This document shows, in pieces, positions 63,113 to 64,000 of a DNA stretch of 64,000 nucleotides. The position numbers were made by a program, and so were the translations under genes. The DNA comes from Podarcis gaigeae. Taxonomy: Eukaryota. The stretch lies in the NCBI GenBank assembly GCA_964106915.2, contig OZ066914.1. One strand, written 5' to 3'. The notes beneath the pieces are model-generated. The model had not been told where the DNA came from and did no database searches. It worked only from the letters and a program-made list of their open reading frames with translations. How positions within the stretch are numbered: position 1 is the first letter of the stretch; every line of letters begins with the position of its first letter.

Positions 63113-64000
63113 TAAAGTTTGAAATGTAACAACTGACTGGCACATTTAAATGCTTAATCCCTCCTCTAAATGTCTGTTGGCTGTAGTCAAAAAACCAAAA
63201 TTCATTATCTCATTTTACATTCAGAGTACCGCGCCAGTTTTCTATGCCTTATTTTTCTTAGACTGTGTGGTAGCTTTGTATGTGTACAGTCTTCCTGCGT
63301 TAGGACACCTCTACCTTAGCTTTCTCTCACATATTATACCTGCTGAAACAAACAACTGTTAAAGTTCATGAGTCCTTAATGCCAGGAAATTGGCCGTTCC
63401 TGCCTAAAGATGGCCCAATGGGGAGAACAAATCTACTGTATGAACCTTGCATAAGGATTCAGACATGGGGGTTTCAGTTTTGCTCTGGGTCAACTATGTC
63501 GCTGATCCACAAGACAGATCAAGTCAGTACTGATGGGTCAAGATCTTACTGCAGGATATTAGTTTGTTCTTTCTTTCAAACTGTGTTTTGTACACTTCCA
63601 GTTTAGTGCTGAAGCAATAGCATGGAAAATGTCCACCTACATTTGCCCATTCCTCACGTTAGACACTGCTTCACAGTAGGATTGCACATAGTTCATACTG
63701 GCTTGGCTTTGGAAATATCCCTGGATATATATTTTTAAGTGTTCCTTAATAGAAAACAGCTTATATCCTATCGTTACCTGCCTTGGGCATCTTCATATGG
63801 AAAATTGGGGTATACATTTATTAAAATCAAATAATAGCTTTAAAACCAGAATTTCAGTTCAAATGCACAAATCTGCAGCAGTCAAATATAAGTTACAAAT
63901 TGCCTTCGGATTGACAAGCCTTGCAAGCAACATGTATAAAAGCAATGTTTCACTTAGTGAACTTGTATTTATTTTGCTGTTCATTGTTTTTAAATGTCCA

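Noticed and set aside
55265-64000. SLC6A5 exon 6
   Set aside because: No EL2-like peptide found; the acceptor-like site at ~60612 hits a stop. The T-rich end of the window might precede the exon but this cannot be shown

Overview
Vertebrate genomic DNA, almost certainly a squamate and probably a lacertid lizard (inferred from the Sauria-type SINEs). The ORF track is almost entirely noise; the real coding sequence is in short GT-AG exons. Two + strand genes are present. (1) The last four coding exons of PRMT3 (1295-1381, 9908-9958, 10136-10223, 19189-19298, including the THW loop and stop codon). (2) About 24 kb downstream, the first five exons of SLC6A5/GlyT2, the neuronal glycine transporter (ATG-only exon 1 at 43031-43033, then 44557-45063, 49569-49713, 53476-53607, 55091-55264); exon 6 is not in the window. 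This is the same PRMT3-SLC6A5 order as in mammals. The rest is intron/intergenic DNA with Sauria SINEs, a 5'-truncated L1, CR1/L2 fragments, hAT, Tc1/mariner and Harbinger-like MITEs and microsatellites, plus a broad CpG-rich domain (~39.2-52.9 kb) over the SLC6A5 5' end. I found no convincingly new multi-gene system. The best leads are: a TSD-flanked Penelope-type fold-back insertion upstream of GlyT2 whose inversion point lies inside a broken hammerhead-like motif; a near-consensus REST/RE1 site in GlyT2 intron 1; a micro-uORF ending 2 nt before the GlyT2 start codon; inverted SINEs flanking a frame-symmetric PRMT3 exon; and homeodomain-motif-rich non-coding blocks that may be long-range enhancers. 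Gene and repeat identities come from recalled family sequences, not database searches.
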